In this document: in pieces, positions 7,817 through 16,338 of the stretch
How the letters are laid out: every line of letters starts with the position of its first letter
Position numbering within the stretch: the stretch's first letter is position 1
Assembly: GCA_965219995.1 (NCBI GenBank)
Contig: CBDCOX010000002.1
Location: forward strand, 960,001 to 1,024,000
DNA length: 64,000 nt
Source of the DNA: Candidatus Latescibacterota bacterium
GTDB taxonomy: Bacteria; Latescibacterota; UBA2968; GCA-2709665
Reading direction: 5' to 3'
The notes under the pieces: generated by a model
Told to the model about the DNA's origin: nothing
The model's database searches: none
What the model saw: the letters and a program-made list of their open reading frames with translations, nothing else
Program-made: the position numbers and the translations under genes

Positions 7817-9217
7817 TCAGGACTTCGCACGCGGGACCCTGCCCTGGCTCTCAATGAGACCCTGACGTTTCAAACGGTCCAGGGTGCGATCGAACGCGCG
7901 GACAACGTGATCCAAATCTGCTTCGGTATGCACGGAGGCCGTTAATCCGACCAATCCGTTCAGATCGACGCCTTCCAGCTGCATCGCGGCGCGGAACGCA
8001 TCCCGCAATGCGGGATCGGGCCTCTTCAGTCTGCGGTAGTCGTAGGTGCCGCCCATGATCGCTTCCAGGCTCTGCGCTGCGGGTCCACTTTCGGGCAGGA
8101 ACTTTACGCCCGAGAAATCACCGTAGACAACCCAGTTCACGCCGTGGTCCGCGATGACGCCGTTGAGGCGTTTGCGCAGGGCTTCGCCGTTCCGGTTTGC
8201 CCGTGCGACGTGGGTTCCGTCTTCAATAGCCTTCAGCGTGGCAATTCCGGCTGCGGCGGAAACGGGATTGGCGTTGAAGGTGCCCTGGTGAGGCATTTTT
8301 CGACATGTGTCCCACTCGCGGTCTCCCCGGAACGCCAGCAGGTCCATGATATCCCGCCTGCCCGCCAGGCAGCCTCCCGGGAGGCCGCCCGCCAGGATTT
8401 TCGCCAGCGAGGTGAGATCGGGCTTGACGTTGTAGTGGGCCTGGGCACCGCCCGGCGCGCATCGAAAGCCTGTAATGACTTCGTCGAAAATCAGGAGCAC
8501 GTCGTGCCGCAGGGTAACCCGCCGCAATTCATCCAGAAAACCCGGTCGGCCGGGCACGACGCCGAACTGAGCGCCGGTAGGCTCCAGAATGACACAGGCA
8601 ATGTCGTCGTCCCGGTCCAGAATCTCCTCCACCCTGTCGATCCGGTTCGGTGGACACAGGCAAACCGTATCCGCGACTTCGCGAAGAACGCCGGCGGGAA
8701 CAGGTTCGTCGAAATGCGGCAGGACACCTACAATGAGGTTGTCGTGCCAGCCGTGGAAGTGGCCGAAGAACTTGAGTACCTTTCGCTTGCCCGTAAACGT
8801 CCGGGCCAGCCGGAGCGCCATCAGCGTCGCCTCCGTGCCTGAACTTGTGAATCGGACGCGTTCGGCAGAAGGAATCAGCCTACGGACCCATTCGCCCCAT
8901 TCCACCTCCAGTTCGTGGCACGCGCCATAATGGGTGCCGCGCGCCACCTGGTCCGAAACGGCCGCCACCATCTCCGGAAAACAGTGCCCCAGCATCAGCG
9001 CCCCGTGCCCCATCCAAAGGTCCACGTATTCCCTGCCATCCACGTCCCACTTGCGGCCGGCCTCGGCACGACTGGCGTAAAGCGGAAACGGCGCATAGTA
9101 TCGCAGGTCGTGGGTGACGCCGCCCGGAAAAATCCGTGACGCTCTTTCGAACAGCGCGCGAGAGCGGTCGAGCGTATCCCGGAACTCCCCATTTATTCCT
9201 TTAGTTAATTCATCCAC
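7817..9217 (-). CDS. Class III PLP aminotransferase (glutamate-1-semialdehyde aminomutase-like)
   Basis: SGTEA, FHGW, LIFDEVITGFR, SLAKILAGGLP, GTFNANP. Confidence 0.9.
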   Translation of the reverse strand: MDELTKGINGEFRDTLDRSRALFERASRIFPGGVTHDLRYYAPFPLYASRAEAGRKWDVDGREYVDLWMGHGALMLGHCFPEMVAAVSDQVARGTHYGACHELEVEWGEWVRRLIPSAERVRFTSSGTEATLMALRLARTFTGKRKVLKFFGHFHGWHDNLIVGVLPHFDEPVPAGVLREVADTVCLCPPNRIDRVEEILDRDDDIACVILEPTGAQFGVVPGRPGFLDELRRVTLRHDVLLIFDEVITGFRCAPGGAQAHYNVKPDLTSLAKILAGGLPGGCLAGRRDIMDLLAFRGDREWDTCRKMPHQGTFNANPVSAAAGIATLKAIEDGTHVARANRNGEALRKRLNGVIADHGVNWVVYGDFSGVKFLPESGPAAQSLEAIMGGTYDYRRLKRPDPALRDAFRAAMQLEGVDLNGLVGLTASVHTEADLDHVVRAFDRTLDRLKRQGLIESQGRVPRAKS

Positions 9218-9337
9218 AGTAATTTATCTCTTTTATTTATTGTGAATATTCAATGACGGTCCGACACGATTCACGGACGTTGGCCACGGATTGGAAAATA
9301 ACGAACGGCGAGAAAAAAGCAACCGGCAAAAGAGCTG

Positions 9338-11395
9338 TCAAGCACGCGCCGGCAACGGGTACGAAAACGTCCAGTCGGCATCGATACCGGAGAGGTCCCG
9401 AGGATCGTCCGACAGGATCCAGAGATGCCGTTCGGACCCGGCGTGTACAAGAAATCCTCGGGCCGGGTCCGGATCTTCCCAAGCCAGCGGGTCGACGCGG
9501 CTTACGGAGGGGGCCGCGTCCCAGTGATGGTTAAGCGTGACAAAGGTTGCTTCGCGGGAAATCCGGCGGCGGATGAACAGATCGCCGGTATCCGTCGCGG
9601 GCTGGAGGGGCGCTTTCCCAAGGATGATTCGTGCGCCCTTTTCTTCGGGCAGGAATGCCCCCACCCCACCCCCCGGCAGGCCCCAATCCAGGGAAACCAC
9701 TTCCTCGGGTACGAATTCAACCGGCTGCCGGACGTGGGCATAACCGTCGCCGGAAAGCGCAACGGTTCCGCGACGGGAAAGTCCGGTGTGCCCCCGCCGA
9801 TCGTCCGGGTATCTGCAGACCCAGTCCAGTTGGCATTCCTGCGGCGCCGTCACGAGGAACACATCCCAGAAGTATGAATCCGTCCACAGAATCACCCGGC
9901 GCATGGCAACCCCTGAATAGGGGCCATTTTCCCATGAAACACCGGCATCGGCCACTTCGAAGCCACCCGTGCGCTTTGAATCGAAGTTCACCAGCCGCCC
10001 TTCCGCCGGCGGCTGGGAGCGTCCGTTGACCGTTACGGTGTTGTGGCTGAGCGTCTGCCGGTACCAGCTTTCGTTCAGGCCAACGCCATATCCGGGCGTA
10101 CCCAGGTCCGTTGCAACCGCGCATCCTCGTGCGTAGAACGAAATCGAGAGTTTGTCGGGATGTCCGTGTCCGCCGCCGTGGGGGCCGTACTTCAGCAGCA
10201 CGCAACTCTGCCCGTGATGGGATTCCCTGGACCTCAGGATGGCCAATCCGGACGGCATCAGAACGGTGCTGCCCAGGTCGAGCCCACCGTCAGGACCGGG
10301 CAGGTCCACTCCGTAGAGAAGCGCCTCCACGGCCGTTCGTGGACGGCCTGAATAGTTGCGTTGGAGAATCCGGGCGAAATCCACGTCCCCGTACCATCCG
10401 TACGCCACCTCGTAAAAGGACTCCGCCGGCGGCACGCCGTGGCAGACGTCCGACAGCAAGGATGAGAAATACCAGCAATCGTTCGTGGCGGGAAGCCTGA
10501 AATCGGGAAACGCCAGCGACACCGGCGCCCGGAACATCGCCTTGAGCCTGTCGTCGTCTTGCAGGTCCGTGCCGGTGTTCTCGGAAATCTGAGCGTGAGC
10601 AATCAACGCGGCCAGGGTATAGAAATGGTAACTGGACGACCCCTCCCACCACATGCCGTCGTCCTGAACACCCTCCCGCAGCTGGTGGCGGAAGCCGAAC
10701 CTTTCGTCGAGGGCCACCTTCTGAAGCCACGCGTCGTCCAGGCAGATTCCAACCGCCGCGATTGCGGCATTGTGCCAGCATTCGATGTTGTGTATGCGGT
10801 GGAATTTCTGGCCCTGTATATGGTCCGCAGCAAGTGCGAGCAGGTTCGTTTCGATCAGCGTCCGCTCGTGGGCGTTCAGGGTCTCCCGGATCAGGTCGTA
10901 GGCTCTCGTAACGGGAATCAACCACACCGCCTCGTCGAGTGAGTGATTCGCCACCTTGCCCCATCCGTACGGCAGTTCCCGCTCGATCGGATACCCGGGA
11001 TAACGCTCAGCGTAGGCCAGCAGGATCTCTCTGCATCGATTCAGATATGCACGGTTTTCATCCAAACGCCACATGAGCGCGAGACGGTACGCCATTTCGG
11101 AAAGTCTGTTGTTGACGAACCAGCGCCAGGCGGAATCGTACGGCTCGCCCGAAAAAACACGCCCGTCCCGCGGACATCGATGGGCGTTCGGCGAATCCGC
11201 TTCAAACACGAGCTCAACGGCGTGATCCGGACAGAAGTAATTGTGGTAGTATCCGGCGGGGCGATCCTGCGGATGCAACTCCTGGCCGAGAAACGCATCC
11301 GCCCCGGCCTTCAGTCGATCGTATGAATGGGCAAATCCGGCGCGTGTCCGGCGTTCCCTCGCCCGTTCCAGTCGGCTGCCAGAGATCAGATTCAT
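9338..11395 (-). CDS. Heparinase II/III-family polysaccharide lyase (oligoalginate lyase, PL17/PL15-like)
   Basis: HNIECWHNAA, WWEGSSSYHFY, HGGGHGHPDKLS, DLGTPGY, SHNTVTVNG. Confidence 0.85.
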   Translation of the reverse strand: MNLISGSRLERARERRTRAGFAHSYDRLKAGADAFLGQELHPQDRPAGYYHNYFCPDHAVELVFEADSPNAHRCPRDGRVFSGEPYDSAWRWFVNNRLSEMAYRLALMWRLDENRAYLNRCREILLAYAERYPGYPIERELPYGWGKVANHSLDEAVWLIPVTRAYDLIRETLNAHERTLIETNLLALAADHIQGQKFHRIHNIECWHNAAIAAVGICLDDAWLQKVALDERFGFRHQLREGVQDDGMWWEGSSSYHFYTLAALIAHAQISENTGTDLQDDDRLKAMFRAPVSLAFPDFRLPATNDCWYFSSLLSDVCHGVPPAESFYEVAYGWYGDVDFARILQRNYSGRPRTAVEALLYGVDLPGPDGGLDLGSTVLMPSGLAILRSRESHHGQSCVLLKYGPHGGGHGHPDKLSISFYARGCAVATDLGTPGYGVGLNESWYRQTLSHNTVTVNGRSQPPAEGRLVNFDSKRTGGFEVADAGVSWENGPYSGVAMRRVILWTDSYFWDVFLVTAPQECQLDWVCRYPDDRRGHTGLSRRGTVALSGDGYAHVRQPVEFVPEEVVSLDWGLPGGGVGAFLPEEKGARIILGKAPLQPATDTGDLFIRRRISREATFVTLNHHWDAAPSVSRVDPLAWEDPDPARGFLVHAGSERHLWILSDDPRDLSGIDADWTFSYPLPARA

Positions 11396-11548
11396 GGGAC
11401 TCTCACGACATTGACAATAGCCGGTTGCCACAATTGCGGTCGAAACTTATCTTTCATGCCGTCACGTCGTCATGGTTGCACGGCGGGCGCCACGTTTGCC
11501 TCCGCGGAACCACCCGCCGTTGTAATCCCGCGATCACCCGGTTTCCCT

Positions 11549-12148
11549 ATGCACGGCGAAATACCCACAATACCGATATCCCCCGATGAAATCCGGGAAA
11601 GAGTTCGAGAGCTGGGCGCCCGAATATCGGCGGACTTCCGCGCCGGCGGCGCTTTCCGGCCGGAGGACCCGAACGCCGGTGAAGAACGGTCGACTGGTTG
11701 GACGGAGCGGCCTCTCATCCTTGTTGGCGTACTTAAAGGCGCCCTCTTCTTCCTGGCCGATCTTTCCCGGGAAATCTCCGTACCGATCGAAATTGAATGT
11801 ATGTCTGTAGCCAGCTATGGCAAGTCCACGCGGAGCTCGGGCGTTGTGCGGATCCTCAAGGATCTCGATCGGGACATCTCCGGCGCGGACGTACTCCTTG
11901 TGGAGGACATTGTGGATACCGGCCTGACGCTGGAATACCTGTTGCGCACTCTGGAGACCCGGCGCCCCCGAAGCCTGAAGGTATGCAGTTTGCTGGATAA
12001 ACCCGCCCGTCGAGTCGTGGATGTGCCTATCGACTACGTGGGATTCTCCATTCCGGACGAATTTGTCGTGGGCTACGGCCTGGACTACGACCAGCGATTC
12101 CGAAATCTCCCCTATATCTCGTTACTGAGTGACATTGAAACGCCGTAA
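11549..12148 (+). CDS. hpt: Hypoxanthine phosphoribosyltransferase
   Basis: VGVLKGA, LLVEDIVDTGLTL, FVVGYGLDY, RNLPYI. Confidence 0.96.
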   Translation: MHGEIPTIPISPDEIRERVRELGARISADFRAGGAFRPEDPNAGEERSTGWTERPLILVGVLKGALFFLADLSREISVPIEIECMSVASYGKSTRSSGVVRILKDLDRDISGADVLLVEDIVDTGLTLEYLLRTLETRRPRSLKVCSLLDKPARRVVDVPIDYVGFSIPDEFVVGYGLDYDQRFRNLPYISLLSDIETP

Positions 12149-12282
12149 ACACGGCTCTCCCCATAGTCCCGGAAGGAAGCCGCACACTTGTGTCCGATCG
12201 GAGTTGCTTCGCTGCTTGAAACGTGGACATTGAACTTGTCGAAATGCCCGCGTTTCACTTTCTGCAATGGGCTAGTACTTAC

Positions 12283-12311
12283 TTGACAAAGAAAGCGAAA
12301 TAATATATCTT
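12283..12311 (+). promoter_or_regulatory. Sigma-70-type promoter inside the left IS end
   Basis: TTGACA-17 bp-TATCTT upstream of the transposase. Confidence 0.7.
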
Positions 12312-12360
12312 GTGCTCATAGGGAATCGATCTCAATTCAATTGTGGAGAGGAGACCGCCT

Positions 12361-13428
12361 ATGAGCCGCCCCGCCGTGTTGATCACGTTGAGTGACGAGG
12401 AAAAAGAGACGCTGTTGAGTTGGAGCCGTTCAGGCAAGACGCAACACCGTTATGTGCTACGCGCCCGGATTGTTCTTTCAGCATCGCAGGGCATTGCGAA
12501 CCGTGACATCGCCAGGGACCTGGGAACGCGCGAGGCCACGGTGTGCAAGTGGCGCCGGCGCTTTCACGAGTCGGGTCTTTCCGGGTTGCAGGACAAGGCG
12601 AGGTCGGGTAAGCCTGCCAAGTACGATCTTTCAAGCGAAAGGCGAATTTTGGAGTCCTTGGACGACGCCCCGCCCAAGGGCTATGGAAACTGGACCGGTC
12701 CGTTGTTGGCCGACAAGCTGGGGATTTCTGTCCACTATGTCTGGCAAGTATTGCGCAACCACGGCATCTCACTGGCCAGAAGGCGCAGCTGGTGTATCAG
12801 CACCGATCCCGAATTTGCCGCCAAGGCCGCAGCCATTGTGGGGTTGTATCTGGAACCTCCCAAAAATGCGATTGTCTTGTGCGTCGACGAAAAGCCCGCG
12901 ATCCAGGCGTTGGAAAGGGTACAGGGATGGCTCAAGCTGCCCAACGGCAAGGCCGTGACCGGCTTTAACCACGAATACAAGAGAAACGGCACCACCACGT
13001 TATTCGCCGCATTGAACGTCGCCACCGGCCTCGTCAAGGCCGGGCATTACAAAAGGCGCAAACGACGCCAATTCTTGAGCTTTATGAACGAACTTGTCGC
13101 CGAATACCCCGATCAGGAACTCCACATCATCCTCGACAACCTGAACACCCACAAGCCCAAGAACGACCGCTGGCTGCCACGCCATCCAAATGTCCACTTC
13201 TACTACACCCCTACCCACGCATCCTGGCTGAACCAGATCGAAATCTGGTTCAGCATCCTGTGGAGAAGCGCGCTCAAAGGCGGCTCCTTCACCTCGATTC
13301 GAGACTTACGCACCGCCATCAATCACTTCATTGACGCCTACAACGAGAACGCACATCCCTTCGAGTGGAAAGCCACAAAAGTCCAACCCAAAGCCTTTGA
13401 ATATAAATACTCTAACTTAACCAATTAA
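12361..13428 (+). CDS. IS630 transposase
   Basis: N-terminal HTH; DDE triad in CVDEK, ILDNLNTHK and SWLNQIEIWF; YKRNGT motif; single reading frame. Confidence 0.96.
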   Translation: MSRPAVLITLSDEEKETLLSWSRSGKTQHRYVLRARIVLSASQGIANRDIARDLGTREATVCKWRRRFHESGLSGLQDKARSGKPAKYDLSSERRILESLDDAPPKGYGNWTGPLLADKLGISVHYVWQVLRNHGISLARRRSWCISTDPEFAAKAAAIVGLYLEPPKNAIVLCVDEKPAIQALERVQGWLKLPNGKAVTGFNHEYKRNGTTTLFAALNVATGLVKAGHYKRRKRRQFLSFMNELVAEYPDQELHIILDNLNTHKPKNDRWLPRHPNVHFYYTPTHASWLNQIEIWFSILWRSALKGGSFTSIRDLRTAINHFIDAYNENAHPFEWKATKVQPKAFEYKYSNLTN

Positions 13429-13439
13429 GTACTAGACAA

Positions 13440-13503
13440 CCCTTCGACCCTTCGACCCTTCGACAAGCTCTGGGCATCGCATGCTCAGGGGAGCGGCTCT
13501 GGG
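13440..13503 (+). repeat. REP-like family D, triply nested
   Basis: CCCTTCGA x3, then CAAGCTCTGGG, GCTCAGGG, GCTCTGGG. Confidence 0.75.
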
Positions 13504-13573
13504 TTAGCTGGCTGGTTCCTTAGCCTGTCTGAAGAACGCGAGTCGGGCGACTCGTCGGTGGAACTCAGGCAAT

Positions 13574-14338
13574 CTATCTACGGGGAAGAACGCTCCACGT
13601 CCCGCGATTCCGATCCGGTTCCGCCAGCAGACGATTCACGGACTTGAACAACCCTTCAACCATCCGTTCCGTGAGCCTTCCGGTATTTATATTGTAACGG
13701 CTGAAGTGGTAACTGGCAATCAGAATCCGGGAATCGCGGTCGAAACGGTAGGTCCTTCCGTGCGTGAACGGGAAGTCCCCCGCCTTTTCAACAATGCCTT
13801 CTGCACGCATCAGACGCATCCAGGCTTCGAACGCGTCTCGACCCATCGCCAGTACAACCCGAATCCGACTCAACCGTTCCGTTTCCATTTGCAGCCAATC
13901 CAGGCAGGCGCGTTTTTCGCTGCCGTTCGGCCTGTTCGCGGGCGGGACGCACTTTACAGCGTTTGTGATGTAGACGTTCTTGAGTTTCAAGCCGTCGTTT
14001 GGGTGAGTGGAGTCCGGCTGATTGCAGAAACCGTGCCGGTAGAGCGCCCCGTACAGCACCCGCCCGGCGTAGTCACCCGTAAAGGGCCTGCCGGTACGGT
14101 TCGCACCGTGGGCCCCCGGCGCGAGTCCGATGACGAGCAGGCGGCCGGACGCGTCTCCGAAACCCGGCACCGGTCTTGCCCAGTAGCCGTCGTCATTCCC
14201 CGTCCGGCTCTCCGTGGATACGAACGTGGCGCGGAAATCAGCCAGCCGTTTGCATCTGCCGCAGTCCGCAATGTGTGCGAAGAGCAACCGTTCCGCGCCT
14301 GCCTCGTCCCGCGCGTTGCGCCGCAATCCGACGTCCAT
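13574..14338 (-). CDS. Uracil-DNA glycosylase family 5 (UdgB-like, Fe-S)
   Basis: GLAPGAHGANRTGRPFTGD; CxxC...C...C ligands; SYHFSRYN. Confidence 0.9.
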   Translation of the reverse strand: MDVGLRRNARDEAGAERLLFAHIADCGRCKRLADFRATFVSTESRTGNDDGYWARPVPGFGDASGRLLVIGLAPGAHGANRTGRPFTGDYAGRVLYGALYRHGFCNQPDSTHPNDGLKLKNVYITNAVKCVPPANRPNGSEKRACLDWLQMETERLSRIRVVLAMGRDAFEAWMRLMRAEGIVEKAGDFPFTHGRTYRFDRDSRILIASYHFSRYNINTGRLTERMVEGLFKSVNRLLAEPDRNRGTWSVLPRR

Positions 14339-14493
14339 TGTGCCGCCTTCCGACCGTCACGTTCGCAGTCCGGACAGAGACATCGCGACGCTTCCCGCGG
14401 CGGGATCGCTGCCCGAGATCCAGACAAGGCGCGGTTGTCGCCGGCAGGCCGCGGTGAATCCCGCGGGCCGGCAGAACTTCCGAGACGTCCATG

Positions 14494-14523
14494 AAAAAGA
14501 GGCGGTCCCGTGGGGCCGCCTCT
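14494..14523 (-). terminator. Rho-independent terminator
   Basis: AGAGGCGGCCCC-ACG-GGACCGCCTCT followed by a T run. Confidence 0.75.
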
Positions 14524-14564
14524 CCTATATGGTTCAACTTGAACCCGATTGTTCAGAAGCTGTT

Positions 14565-14927
14565 TCAGCTTCCCGGCCTGCTGCTGAAGAAAACCGCCTG
14601 TTGCGACCGGGCCATCGCCTCGTGTTCCTCGTCGGTACAAGAGCTGTCGGTGGGAACATCGGGGTTCGGGCCCGCGGGCTGGTATCCGCTTCGAACCAGA
14701 TAGGCTTCCAGTTCGTCGCCGCTGATATCGGCCAGAATCTGTCCGTTAAAATCCAGGGTCGGCTGCAGTGGCTGCCCGCTCTTCCGTACCATTTCCTCGT
14801 AGTTCTCCGGAACGTTGATAATATCCTTGTCTTCGTATTCGAGCCCGTATTTTGCCAGTACCGCGCGGATGCCCCGGCTCCATCCGCATTGGGGTTTGAG
14901 ATACGCGGTAATCGTGGGATTACCCAT
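14565..14927 (-). CDS. Glutaredoxin-like protein (monothiol CGWS)
   Basis: YLKPQCGWS, SGQPLQPT thioredoxin-fold motifs. Confidence 0.8.
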   Translation of the reverse strand: MGNPTITAYLKPQCGWSRGIRAVLAKYGLEYEDKDIINVPENYEEMVRKSGQPLQPTLDFNGQILADISGDELEAYLVRSGYQPAGPNPDVPTDSSCTDEEHEAMARSQQAVFFSSRPGS

Positions 14928-15100
14928 TCGAGAATCTCCTTTTCATTGAATTCACCACCGGAACACGATGATTTCCTCTGTCCCTTAACATAACGAACTT
15001 CACCGCAATTTGCAAGTCCAATCGCCTTTTGTTGGGACCGTCCGGGTACTTCCGGGCACGCGGTATCGAATGATCGTGACAGCGGTTGACGACGCGTGGG

Positions 15101-15403
15101 TTACTCCGCGGCATTCACCGCATTGGCAAAATCGAGGTCCGCCCGGGTGACGGCGTTTTCGCTATGCGTCGTTACCGTAACCGTCAGGGTCTTCTTCCTG
15201 CTGTCAAGATGGATGTCCGAATGATGGTTATTGGTGTCCATGACCTGTGTAAGCGTGCGCACAAAGGCCATCGTCGGGACGAACTTCTGAAATCTCCATA
15301 TTCGGTGAAGCGCCTTGCTTTCCCGATCGTATTCCCACCCCTCCAGATCCTTCAGGGCTTCCCTGATCTGCTCCTCGGTCACCAGGGTCTTGTCCTCGTG
15401 CAT
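15101..15403 (-). CDS. Pterin-4a-carbinolamine dehydratase family protein
   Basis: NHHSDI, TTHSENAVTRADLDFA; GGGAGG RBS. Confidence 0.85.
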   Translation of the reverse strand: MHEDKTLVTEEQIREALKDLEGWEYDRESKALHRIWRFQKFVPTMAFVRTLTQVMDTNNHHSDIHLDSRKKTLTVTVTTHSENAVTRADLDFANAVNAAE

Positions 15404-15553
15404 TGCCGCCTCCCTTGAAAATGACAACCCTTGATATATTGCGTTAGACCGCACCTGCGGCATCAGCCGACCTGCATGCGTGTCGACCGAAACCCGCCCC
15501 AAAGGGACCGGCGCACGGCCCGGGAGACAATATACCAAGAAACCACGGGCCGA

Positions 15554-16165
15554 TCAATCCCCGCGGGGGTACCCGGCAACTCCCAGCGCCCGCACATATT
15601 CTACCGTGGTGTTGATGTTTCGCAGCGAATCCAGTTCAGGATCCGCGTCCCTCAACTCGGGCCCTGATAAACGGCGGCAGTCACAACGTTCCGCCAGCAT
15701 CGTGAGTCTGAAAGAGCCGGTATCGAGCATGTCCAGAATCACCGGGAGCACGGACACCCGGTAGACGGCGGCAAGCGGGTGCAGGCGACCGTCTATGTAC
15801 GGCATGGCGATATCGGCTTCGCAGGCCAGATGCGCAACTCGCCGAACAAAATCAGGGTGCAGGAACGGCGCATCGCAACCACAGACGAACGCCGCATCGG
15901 CGTGCCGGGAGATGGCTTCAAGACCTGCCGCCAGCCCCTCCAGAGGCCCCCTGCCCGGCAGCCGATCCCGGATGACTCCCACGTTGTCGGGAAGGCGTGG
16001 AAGTCTCTGTCCCTGCGCCGCAACCACAAAAACCGGATCCAGCGTGCCGGCGAGTACACGAACCACGCGATGCAGCAGGGTTTCTTCGCCGAAGCGCAGC
16101 CAGGCCTTGGGAGATCCCATCCGTCGGCTTTGGCCGCCGCACAGCACGATGCCGCCGAGTCTCAT
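15554..16165 (-). CDS. mobA: Molybdenum cofactor guanylyltransferase
   Basis: VLCGGQSRRMGSPKA, GPLEGL, CDAPF, HPLAAVY, NINT. Confidence 0.9.
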   Translation of the reverse strand: MRLGGIVLCGGQSRRMGSPKAWLRFGEETLLHRVVRVLAGTLDPVFVVAAQGQRLPRLPDNVGVIRDRLPGRGPLEGLAAGLEAISRHADAAFVCGCDAPFLHPDFVRRVAHLACEADIAMPYIDGRLHPLAAVYRVSVLPVILDMLDTGSFRLTMLAERCDCRRLSGPELRDADPELDSLRNINTTVEYVRALGVAGYPRGD

Positions 16166-16166
16166 C

Positions 16167-16331
16167 TCAGATATCCAGGACGACGAACGCCCGCCAACGT
16201 TTGTCCACGCGTTCGAGGGCATAGCGATGAAGCGTGACAGCCTTCACGTCCACAACCAGTTCGTGGCGATCCATATCCAGTTCCTCGCCGGAACCGGCGG
16301 GGGCGCCCGCCCTGCGTGGCGGGCATGGCAT
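16167..16331 (-). pseudogene. Archease remnant (internally deleted)
   Basis: 54-aa ORF with GAGG RBS: MP...GEELDMDRHELVVDVKAVTLHRYALERVDKRWRAFVVLDI, which is the archease C-terminus only. Confidence 0.75.
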
Positions 16332-16338
16332 GTTCCTC

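Larger units (their letters stand above)
12273..13434 (+). mobile_element. IS630-family insertion sequence, apparently intact
   Basis: Imperfect terminal inverted repeats (C)TAGTACTTACTTG... / ...CAATTAAGTACTA(G); TA duplicated within a CTAG target. Confidence 0.92.

Noticed and set aside
7817-9217. hemL assignment
   Set aside because: The family is clear but the sequence is divergent (GGVTHDLR rather than GGVNSPVR) and there is no tetrapyrrole context.
9190-9260. AT-rich patch with DnaA-box-like 9-mers (possible oriC)
   Set aside because: Only one or two mismatched boxes, one overlapping a start codon; more likely a promoter.
13440-13470. CRISPR-like direct repeats
   Set aside because: 8-bp tandem units without spacers and no cas genes; better explained as a nested REP.
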